Source: Dimorphilus gyrociliatus | Lineage: Eukaryota; Animalia; Annelida | DNA: 64,000 bases | Assembly: GCA_904063045.1 (NCBI GenBank) | Contig: CAJFCJ010000005.1 | Span: 3,997,689-4,061,688 of the forward strand | Direction: 5' to 3' | Part shown: piece by piece, positions 23,718-34,889 of the stretch | Position numbering within the stretch: position 1 is the stretch's first letter | How the letters are laid out: each line of letters begins with the position of its first letter | Notes under the pieces: model-generated | What the model saw: only the letters and a program-made list of their open reading frames with translations | Databases searched by the model: none | Told to the model about the DNA's origin: nothing | Translations under genes and position numbers: made by a program

Positions 23718-25048
23718 ATCTTTTCCAAAGGTAGGAACAACGAATTTTCAATTTGAAACTGATGAGAAATCGAAACAGAGAGAAAGGGAAAGACAAGATG
23801 TAGACAACTGCCAGAGCAGGTATGCAGCATAAAACTTGAATAAGTTTAAACTTATAGATGTTAGATATAAGACGAAGGGGACTAAAGGGATAGGAGTAAG
23901 AGAGAGAGAGAGGGAGAGAGACAAAAATAGAGAGAGTTGGTAAGGAGAGCAAAATGGCCTATGGGAAAAGTAAAAATGGCTCAATGGCGGTTGATTAAAA
24001 AAGAAGGTAAACAGTCTTATATGCATATTTCAAACACAGTCTATAGAAAATTCTCGATATCTACTCGCCAATAGGTGAATTTCTATTTTTTGAATTGTTA
24101 ACTAAACAACCAAGAATTATTCCTTAAAATTTTTAACTATCAATAATTCATTAATACGTTTGAATATCAATTATAACCTTTTCCATTCTTTATTAATATT
24201 TCAATTTTCTTTTCATACTTTCTTGAAAAAAAATTGATTAAAAGTAAGAAATTTCCCTTTCTCTCACTCTCTCTCTCTCTCTCTCTCTTATACACTCTTC
24301 AATAGGCTCTCGTTAAAATTTCTTTTCTATGATCAAAACTATTCCTATCGAATTCATTGTAAAAAAGTCAATATATTAATTATACCGATATGTCAGCCAA
24401 CTTAATCGCTCTTTTATTCTTTTAACCTTTGACCCAATAGTAACGAATTGTATTTTTATTAGTTGTATTCAATACAAATAAAGTATAAATATTGTTTTAT
24501 ATGAATATATATATATAGATATTTTTTTTAATTGTATGTTATTGTTAAACAAATATACAATATGAATAGATAATTATAGGATAATAATTTGTTCGTTTTC
24601 AACAAATAAATCTTATATTTATTTACTTTTCTCTCTGTTTTTTAATTATTCAACCAACAGCAGGAGAAAAATATATTTTCCATTCAATCTTTTATTTATA
24701 CAGTAAATGATCTATTTCTTTTTTTTATTCTCTCTCTCTCTCTTTCTCTTTCTCTCCTTTTCTCCCACCTCTCACTCCCTTCTCTCTCAGACACAGACAC
24801 ACATACACACACCTCTAGTCTTTTATAGCTTGCTTACTTTGGGCTAATTCTTTTGATTTCTATTTAATGTTTATGTTTTTTACAACACACTTTTAATTTC
24901 TATATTTATTCTTGCATTGTTCAATTATTGCTTAATTGATTTGAAGTTGTCTAAACGATAGATGGCGTTCTAATAATAAAAGAGAAAATGTAAAATTTTT
25001 ATGGTATATATATAGAAAATAAAAATCCTTTTCTTCAAACTTTTAGAA

Positions 25049-25062
25049 ATGTCACGTGACAT
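25049..25062. promoter_or_regulatory. Perfect 14-bp palindrome ATGTCACGTGACAT containing an extended E-box (GTCACGTGAC)
   Basis: Read directly from the sequence; it lies between divergently transcribed genes. Function is untested. Confidence 0.4.
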
Positions 25063-26129
25063 AAAAAAAGAGTGAAAAGAGACAAAGTCAGTTTACAGTG
25101 TTGAATAGAAAGAAATGTGAAATAAAGAAATAAGTGGATAGAGGGGAAATAGTAAGTTTTTATAAAAGATTTTGTATATATTCTTAATATTAACTTAATT
25201 ATATAAATATTAATATACAGTATAATTTACTGTATATCTTTAATACAGCTAAAGGAAAGCTAGTATTTTTCTATGTTAGAATTGATAGGCCACTAAATAG
25301 TAATACAGTCATTGAACTAATAATATCATTCAACGTTGATTAAATGTAAGCAAGATGTAATTAAATAAATAGTGGAATATATTAAATGAAAATATCTCTC
25401 TTTTCAGGTTTTAAAGAAGAATTTAGGCTCATTTTACGCTAATTCAACTTGAACGAATATGTTCAGTTAGTTAGGTTTATATTGAAACTATACAAAATCA
25501 TTATATTCTTTTATTAAACTCTTTTCCATTTCAATGTTTATAAGAACTTTTAGTCTAGTTTGTTTTAAATAAATAGTGAACAGTAAAAAAGTTTCAACTT
25601 TATATTCACAAGTTTATGGCGGCAGTCTAAGAATACTACGATTTTACAATAATCCGTTCATTTCTGTCGATTAGCTGCACTGATAGTCAAGGAAACGGCA
25701 TTAAGTAGAAGAGAACTATAACTAACTTTATGTCAGGTTTAGATTATTGTCTTACACTGAGAATTTCAAACTTTTCTAATAATAGGATACTAAGTAAAAG
25801 TATAAGCTATATTATTAATTGGATAGGCTGAACTCTTTCTAATTATTTGAAGCAACATTTGACCGTATTTAGCAAGATCCTAATTTATTTCATGACTTTT
25901 AGATGAATGATATTGAACATCTTTAAAATTTTATCAATTATCGAGATTAATTGTCCAAGTACAATGCCAAGGCCATCAGCAATGCAATACAATCATCCTA
26001 CGTAAAAATCGCTTCCTAGGAATCTAATTATAAAAAGTGATGTACATATCAACCAATAAGGATATGAAAAAGATATGTGTATATGACGAATAGTTGTACT
26101 AAGTGAGACAGTTGCTCTCCTTGAGACTT

Positions 26130-26647
26130 ATGGAAGAAAACAAAAGAACTTTAATCTGCATTCTTCTCTTAAGCTGTGCTTCAGCATGCTTTAGTTTCTT
26201 ACCAAGTAAGTTTTGATAAGCGCTTCTTTAGGACAGATTATATTATTGTTTATTTCTTTTTCAAATTCAGCTGGAGGCAGTTGGTCACCTTGGACTCCCT
26301 GTTCAGAAACTTGTGGTTCAGGTATCCGGCATAGAGTATGTGTACCTGGAAGGTTAAGAATTCAAATACAATTAAAGGGAGAGAATTCAAAAAATAACAA
26401 TAATTTTTCAGTGGCAATACCTGCTCCATACAAAATCCTCCACAAGAAGGTGCTTGTGAAGTGCAACCGTGTCCTATAGCTGGAGGTTGGTCTAATTGGA
26501 ATAGTTGGGGCGCTTGTTCAAGCAGTTGTGCGGGTGGCGTGAAAAGTAGAAAGAGATTCTGCACTAATCCATCACCCGCCTTCGGTGGTCCTTCTTGTTC
26601 TGGTAGCAATTACGTACAGCACGAATGCAATACTCAAGAATGTTCAG
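26130..26647 (+). CDS. Secreted TSP1-repeat protein, paralog of the 20645 gene; 2 repeats seen, 3' end unresolved
   Basis: Signal exon MEENKRTLICILLLSCASACFSFLP; WSPWTPCSETCGSGIRHRVC; WSNWNSWGACSSSCAGGVKSRKRFCTNPSPAFGG. The first repeat is split by a phase-2 intron exactly as in the paralog. Confidence 0.85.
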
Positions 26648-27059
26648 GTATAGTGGGATATATATAAATTATTGATCAAATGATATAATAATATTATTCC
26701 CCCTCTTTAAAATCAACCATATAATCCATTTTCACACTATTGCAAAATACATAAACATTGACTTTTACATCTTTAAATTAAGTGCTTTAAGATGACGCAT
26801 TATATAAGTAGAGATAAATCAACATATTGCTGTCATACAATATATTTAACACCTATTTGTTTAATTGATATCGATAATCGACCAAAATGATTTGGCCACT
26901 TGACAAAAACAAAGACTTTTCTAGTTGAATGAAGATGGCGTTACTCGCTCCAGAATTATTTTTTATAAGTCTGATGGTAAAGAATATGATCTTCAATATT
27001 TTGCTCAAATAGTCCTCTCACAGGTTAGATAAAACATTTACTCTACTCTCTGATAGATT

Positions 27060-27800
27060 GGTAAGTTGTGAACTGATTTTTAACTTCTTGACGTATGAAC
27101 CTTATAAAGTCAGAAAAGGCTTATTGAGCACAAAAGTCACGAGGAGGTAATCGATCTCTGAAAATCCTAGAAAATCAGTCGTCCAAATATAGCAAAAGCC
27201 CTCTACATATAGAAAAAAATGAAAGTTTGGCAAACCTGGGAAAAATAAAGAAAAAGATAGGGAAAAGATCAATCTATTAAGGGAGAGAGGCGATAAAGTC
27301 ACTTGATCTAGTAATCACCGATGAATCTTTGTATTTCGTTACTCGACGATTTAACCTTGAAGAATAGTGCCGGAATATCAAAAGCCCCCAAAGGAGGGAG
27401 AAAGGCTTTAAAATATGGGGAGCTCTTTGTCCCGATGGATATTTGTATATTTCAAAAGTTTAGAGCATTTCAATAAAAAGTGGTATTATGATCCGTTGAA
27501 AGATAAAGTCTTACCCTTTTTTAGGCGAGAGCTTTCATAATGGCTACATATTTGAGAAAGACAATGCCCCCCTGTCCAATAGCAAAAATTCCAGCTTAAG
27601 CTTTCCGAAAAGCAATAATCCAAATGTATTGAATGGATCATCTTGTTCATAAGACATTTCTCATATTGATAGAGTATGGTATATTCTACAAAACTTACAG
27701 AAAACCTTTGAGAAAAACCGTAAAAGATTGTAGAAGAACTACACACGTTCATCGAAGTATTCAAGTTAAAACTTGAAAGTAACGCTCTTCGATAACACAA
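27060..27800 (+). mobile_element. Decayed Tc1/mariner-superfamily transposase relic
   Basis: Motifs in the expected order: VITDESLYF (D at 27320), IWGAL, LKDKVLPFF, YIFEKDNAP (D at 27560), VLNGSSCS*DISHIDRVW (compare VLxWPxxSPDLNPIENxW). Several stops; no terminal inverted repeats found by eye; 5' boundary approximate. Confidence 0.8.
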
Positions 27801-28419
27801 CATATTAGAAGAGAAATGTATGCTTTATTATATTTTGTTTCTTTGTTAACTCAAGATGATAATAACAAGAATACAGATTATTAATAAATAACATATAATT
27901 CATTACTTGTATTTGTATTACATTGGTTATTGAAAGACTTGATTATTTAATTACTATTATTGAAAAAATAGAAGAAAATAAAGGTTAATTTTTATATTAA
28001 CGAAATAAAAAGAAACAAATATGGAATACAGTTGATGAAAGACATGACGAATTTATATGTTCATACAACTGCAAATGAGGCTATTTAAATGGGAAAATTA
28101 CCGTATTTTATAACTAATTATATATTAATTAAGAAATAGAAACGTTATATAGGTTAATAATACATAATATACAGTCTACAAACATAGTTAATGATACATT
28201 TTACTTGGAAAATTTTCCAAATATGAAAAGATATTCATATCTTCAATTCAGCCATTTTTCAATTTAAGATTTAGCTAGAAAGGAGGTTGTAACAATATTA
28301 TTTATTCAATATTAAATTAAGACTTGAGTGCTTTTTGCTTTAAAAATATACTTTTATATAGGATATTGATGTGACTAGGTCAAGGTGTGAAATGTTTTAT
28401 AATTGTAACAATCTAATTA

Positions 28420-29760
28420 GTACAGTATTTATATTTTACCATATTACTACTTTTCAGTATTTGTCTCACAAGTGTTCCAATGTAAGTAGAATTAGCATCC
28501 ATCTTTTAAGATTTAATTTTTATAGTATTTGTATAATTATCAATTTCTTTTCAGCTAAATGGAGTCTGTGGACTTCTTATTCAAAGTCTTATGGTACACG
28601 AAAACGAATAGGAAAATGTACATATTTTAAGAAATAACTTTCTAATCATTTAATAGTCTAAAGCACAATCTACTATTGAATAATTCTTTTTTTAGGTTAA
28701 CAAAACCATAATGCTTAGCGAACATGGAAATTTTGACATGCAACTCAATTCCTTGCTCTAGAAACGGAGAATGGTTGGATTGGAAGTTATGATCTACGTG
28801 CAATAAAATTATGTGATAATGGGATTAGAACAAGAACTATAAGATGTTCCAATCCTAGTCAGGCGTATCGCGGCAGCTTTTGCTTAGGTTCAGATTCAAT
28901 ACAAAGCTGTTGCAATTTACAAGACTTATTAGACTATCCATATAAAAAAAGAGTACTTTTGCAATAATCAGAAATGTACTACTAGATAATAAAATTGTTA
29001 CAATTCTCTTATACCTTCATTAAATATTCATCACAATCATTTAATAAGTGCACCCTAATTAATATTTAAGCTATATATTACAATGTAAAGAAACCTCCTA
29101 GTTTAGGTATAAATGTATACTGCACATATTAATAATACTATATATAAACCTATAATTTTTCTCATATAAGATATTTTAGTGTTACACAAGGTATTCTTCA
29201 TAAATATCAATTAGTTTTGCAATTTTTGTCCTCATTTCAGGGTTATTTATCTATTTGAAAACTTAAATAATTCAGTATAACAGTCAACTATAACAAAATT
29301 CTAAAAACGTTATAATTGTTGTACAGCTTGGCAACTAGAAAAATGAATTAAATATTAATGGAATATATCTTTTATATAAGAAATATAAAGGAAAAATGGT
29401 ACGAAACATTTTGTTACAGTTATATTTTTCTTTCGAATACGTGATACACTTAACTTTTCAATTATTACTCCATTTTCATTATCATACTGATGACAACGTC
29501 TCCAAACGAGAACATATTTCGCGGTATTTGGGTTAGTATTTAGGGAAAAATTTATGTTAAATACATTGAAGATAATTTATTCATGCTTTATAAATTGTTT
29601 TACAGTAAAGATTATCTTTCTAATGATAAATCAATCAAAAGTCTTTGCTTAAAAAATGATCGATTTCAGATTCAGTAACAATTCACAAACAACTTCATAA
29701 TGGTTAAAAAATGCAATGGTACTAAACAATTAAATCAAGTATGCAATGTTGCAGTGTTTG
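28420..29760 (+). pseudogene. Pseudogenised third multi-TSP1 paralog
   Basis: Decayed signal exon (FTILLLFSICLTSVP); AKWSLWTSYSKSYG with Cys-to-Tyr changes; TCNSIPCSRNGEWLDWKL*STCNK (TGA at 28790), then a frameshift to CDNGIRTRTIRCSNPSQAYRGSFCLGS. A further faint repeat lies at about 29660-29760. Confidence 0.7.
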
Positions 29761-32004
29761 GTCAGAGTAAACAATTTGGACTTTATTCTCTAAAGGACGT
29801 TGGCAATTTACTAAAAAGGTTTTACAAGGATTCTAAATCATCGCTTGATTGTTTTTTCTTGCGTTAATAATTCTAATAAAGACAAAGATACTAATATACT
29901 GTATACTAAAGATAATTGCCTTTTTAAAAAAAAAGACCTTTGCAACTATTCAGGTAAAAGTGCAAGTCGTCTACGGCATTTCAAATTAAGGTAGGCTTTC
30001 TTTTTTACAAAATTGTACGTGATTGTCTCATGGAGACGCCAAAGTGTTTGTATGGCATTCTTTGTTAAAGGAATTCATTGAAAATTAGAATAATAATAAT
30101 AAACATTAGAAATCTTCGCCCCTTTATTGTTATTGTTGTTTCTTTTTCCTTCTAAAAATAGACAAGTCTCTACTATATACATTTATATATTAATGAATTA
30201 AAATTTATGATTATTCTTCTAATTAAATTATTCATAAATATTTTTGACTTGAAATGACTTTGATATTTTCATTTTGTGAATAGACGTATTCATTTTTAAT
30301 CGAGCATCAATATAAGGATATTTTACGATCTGATAACTATTTAATGAAAGCATATAGCTACTAACTTAATGCTTTATACTTTTTTGTTCACTTTGACGCA
30401 TTGCCTTTATCGTACAGTTTTTAATTTTCTTATATAATTCTTATGAATATCTTTATTCACTTATCTGTTTGAAAACAATTAAATACAACTAAATTACTGT
30501 ATATATACTGTCTCTTTATATATACATTATGTATAGGCGTTTAGTTAGTACGAAATTATTTAACACCTGATGACTCAAATAGAAGCTGTCAAGGATTTTA
30601 GACAGGCATAAAATCTGTTAGTAATACATAATATCATAGAAATAACTAAGTTTTCCAAAAGAATTAATTGCCTCAATGTGTCTGGTAAGAGTCTTCTCTT
30701 TTGAAACACTTTGCGGGAACATTTTCAATTCAATTTACATTGAAGTCATAGATGGCGCCAAAATTGTTTAATATCAATGTTAAAAATGTCTTAATTTTAT
30801 TTATTATACATTATTATTTAAAAGTTTAACTGGTAGAAAGTAAAATGTAACATACAATATAGTATTCTCCAACTTATAGCTATGAAAGCGTTAATAGATG
30901 GCGTTTACAACTTGTTTACTTTTTTAGTCAAAAACATAAGTTAATAATAGATTAATGATGTATTAATTAACGAAATAGATTATAATTTAGATTCTGCCAA
31001 AATTGATTATTTAATAGAATAAGAAATAAAAGAACGAAACTATTGTTTGTATATACAGCATATACTGTATATATATATAATGTATAGGTTTATCTAAAGA
31101 GGTATTACGTAACACTAAAGAATGAAAGAAAAAAGAAAAAGAAAGGTATATAGAAAAGAAAACAGTTAAAGATTGTACATAAGTAGAAAAGAGAAGTTTG
31201 AGAACGGATATTAAATACTTTGTAAAAAATTGTTCTATTTAACCTCTAACAAAAGCCAAATGCCTTAAAAGTCACCGAAGAAAGTCAGTTATAAAAGATA
31301 TTTAATGACTTTTTTTTTAAAGCTAGTTTTTTACCTTTAATTAACTTTGACTGATTAATTAAAGTATTATAATGAACTTAATTATCCGTAGAACGATAAA
31401 TAATTGTTTTAGTATTATGGTCATCAATATAAGGTCGTTTGAATTAAAAGATTAGAGAATAAACCTCTAATAACTTTTCTTTGGACTGTAATTCAGATTG
31501 TAAAATGAAGAGAATTTAATCATCGATTGTACTTATATTATAAGGATTAAAATAAATATAGACAAAATATATATCATATGATAAATTTAGAAGAGTTACA
31601 TCATGCCATTCAAGTTTGTCGCGTATCGATTGGTCGTTGCTTAACAACATGCATTTGAAAAGGAAACAATTAGACTTGTATGACAAAACAATCGATTCTT
31701 ATGAATAAATCTATAAATCCTTTTGGAACTACTTTTCGACAAGGAAATCATATTATAGTTAAACATTTTCCCTAGCAAACATGGTTCTATAAACGAGAAA
31801 CGGTAACATTAATACCTTCTTCCTACTTCTTCTTTGATTTTTGTTTTCATTAAAGGTAAAGGTATTCTTGCCTTTTAAATTAGATTTATCTTCTTTTTAA
31901 TATCAATAATTTTAAATAAAAATTATAAGTAAATGACGCTGAAAAAAGTATTAAACGTTTAAAAAAACCAATAGATATATCAACTTTTTTAATTGAAAAA
32001 TGAA

Positions 32005-32440
32005 ATGGAAAATGCCAATTTTATGAACGAAAATACTAATGAAAATCTGTGGAATCCAAATACAACGTCTACCAGACAAAAATGTCTCATTAGGAATATT
32101 TATGGTACGGTTATTGATGAATTTTTGACTTTTTCATTCGTAATTGAATATTCAAGCTATTTTCTCTTGAAATATAGGAAAACGCTGTTCGAAGCAAATT
32201 CAACAGTGGCATCCCACACTGAAAAGTGTCCAAAGGCCTCCTTGGCTTCAATCAACTGCCTCAGCTGCAGCATTGTCATATAATTTCGCTGTTGACCAGT
32301 ATAATCCATATATATCACCTTCACTGAGACCAACACCGACACCTGGACAATCACAAACACCTGTAAACTTCGAAAAGATACCAACGAGATATTCATATAA
32401 CCTTTTGGAAGAGACAGCCTTAAATAGTCTTACGCCCTAG
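32005..32440 (+). CDS. Small two-exon protein of unknown function, about 121 aa (32005-32104, 32178-32440)
   Basis: Phase-1 donor TATG|gtacgg matches acceptor aatatag|GA, giving an uninterrupted frame ...GKRCSKQIQQWHPTLKSVQRPPWLQSTASAAALSYNF...SLTP*; GC content is elevated. Confidence 0.55.
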
Positions 32441-33066
32441 TAGATTAACAGCTCACTTATCATCCTTCTGTTCCTACTCTTGTGCTTACTCTTCATACCA
32501 TCCGCCTATCCTCTTTCTTTCATACTGCCCTCTTCCCCAAGCAAAGCAAAGAAAACGGTATTTGAAGAAAATACAATACTCAACAGCAACCTTTATTCTT
32601 TCTTTGACTGATTGTTACATATTAGGATAATGTCTCCCGAGTGTCTTGCTACCTTCACTTGATAAAAGAAAATATTTAGAGAGGAAGAAAATTGATACGA
32701 TTCCTCCTATCTTCTTTAATCAAATAAACGATGATATATTTAAATTTATATTTAACGTTAATAGAAACAAATTTATAGAATTATTGAATAAATGCTATAA
32801 ATTTGGCATAAATATTTTATAGTAGGCCTAACCTACAGAGACCATACGAATTAATGTAACTTTTTTTAGTGTGGTTTGTAAAATAAGCTGATAAAAGAGC
32901 CACACCTCAAATAATCCGTTAGTAGATCTATAATATGTGGCGAAATTGTCTATTGAAGTTTATTGTCTGATTGGAGATGAGTGAAGGAATCATTTTAAAC
33001 TAAATAACAGGAATCATACAAAACTGGAAAAAAAAGAGGAGAAGGAAGAGGTAGACAGGTGAAAAA

Positions 33067-34254
33067 ATGTTAAATCAATCATTCGAGAATATTGATTCTC
33101 AACTATCAACAAGTATTGAAGCTTCCTTTGTTTGGTTAGTTTGTCTGGTTGGTTCTGTATCGAATTCATTGGTCTTTTTGAGTTCTTGGGCAAACAAGCA
33201 TAGTCAGAAATTTTTACAAAGTCTTATCGCTTTCCAATCACTTATAGATTTTTTCGTCTGCTCTGTTTATTCTCCACTTTATACTTTCCTTGCTCTTTTT
33301 AACGGAGAACTAAATAATACAGAATATTTTTGCAAGTTTACTGGAAAGTTGTTTGCTATATTAACAAGCATCGGCTTAAGTACTCAGATGCTAATTAGCA
33401 TTTACTTGAATGCTTTGGCTTTAAGCAGAAAGAGTCGACAGTTTTTTCCATCCTATTCAGCGATTATCTATATTGTCATGATAATCTTATTCAATGGAGT
33501 TTTAGGTGAAAAAAAAACTACTAAGCTAAAAACATAACCAATAAAAACAATATATCTTTTTTTTCATCTAAAACTAATATTGAATCTCTCTCTCTCTCTC
33601 CTCGCTTCATCATTCTTATCTTCTTATTGTATTACTACTATTACTATTGATATAATAAAATCATCTCTATATGTCTTCACGTCTTCCATTCTCGAAATAG
33701 TTGCTATGAATGAAGTTGATTTAGGAATGAATAAACTGCTATGCAAAACGACTACTTCATTTTTTGTCTCATTTATTTTTCTTTTTCAACTGACAACGGT
33801 GTTTGCTTGCTTACTGGGAATAAGAAGATTTATTGTACTTGCTAGACTTAGCTTATTGAAAACCCAAAAATTACCAGGAATTTATTCAAAAGCATCTATA
33901 ATAGCCACTTTAATACTAATCAATTTTGTCGTCTGTTGGATTCCTTTCTTCCTTATTGATCTTGCTGATAGTAACTTTTTTCGAAGGATAACGATGGATT
34001 TATTCCTCCTTAAATCGGCAATAAACCCTTTTTTATACATCTACGCAGTAAGAACTATCAGACATTGTCTTAAATTGTTTCTTATGTGTCAATGCCGAAA
34101 GACGCAAGCAGTTATGAAAATGTATCATTTACGAAAGAAGAAAAAAGTCCTCAAAGATTCCAGTTACTCCTTTTGCCATTCTGCAAATTCTGTAACAATT
34201 ATTATAGGTAAAAATTCTGATTTGAGAGAAACTTTGAAAGATGAAACTAACTAA
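33067..34254 (+). CDS. Divergent orphan class-A GPCR (exons about 33067-33505, 33701-34254)
   Basis: GSVSNSLVF in TM1, SLIDF in TM2, FCKFTG, VCWIPFF in TM6, AINPFLY in TM7; splice phases match. Confidence 0.72.
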
Positions 34255-34858
34255 TCATTTCTTTAGGTTAGAGATATAGATGTCGCTGGTGTATTTACTG
34301 TAAATACTGTATATTGTACATATATTTTCAACATTATAGAAGTAATTATCAACCAAAGCAACAAAGTTAAACTAGTTATTAATTAACTGAATAAATACAA
34401 TTTTCAAATTCTATTTATATTAATATAATATTTGTTATATGTACAAGAAAATTGAACAAATTCAATTCAACAATTATTCAATTGATATTCCAAGAGAAAT
34501 CTTGGAATTATATCTTATGTAATCTTATTAAAGATTTCTGTAATGAATAAGCTTTTTCAATTAATAAAATCTCTTTTATTTTTCCTTAAATATGCCTAAT
34601 TGAATATGCAAAATAGAAATGTTAAGTCTATTATACGTATACAATTACATTATAGTTAGAGATATTTATTATTAATTATTAGAAACATTTTAATAATTGT
34701 TGTCGTTCTAATCATTTTCTAAGTATAATGTATTTCTTTCATGTTTATTCTATCCTATTACCTTGCTTACTTTTCATTTTCTGATCTTCTTTTGAATTAC
34801 AAACTCTTTATCCTTTTCTTTCTTGTTTGCTTTCTCTTTACTCTACCTTCTCTATCTA

Positions 34859-34889
<31 letters not shown>

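Noticed and set aside
23748-24026. ORFs over the GA microsatellite upstream of the LRR gene
   Set aside because: Leu/Ser runs come from the repeat; there is an in-frame stop upstream of the real start near 23717.
32230-32436. Open frame on the minus strand (GVRLFKAVSSKRLYEYLVG...)
   Set aside because: No phase-compatible upstream exon or start; it is best explained as the antisense shadow of the plus-strand exon.
34000-34040. Lys in TM7 of the orphan GPCR (LLKSAINP) as an opsin retinal-binding Lys
   Set aside because: It is four residues before the NPxxY Asn, whereas the opsin Lys is six before.
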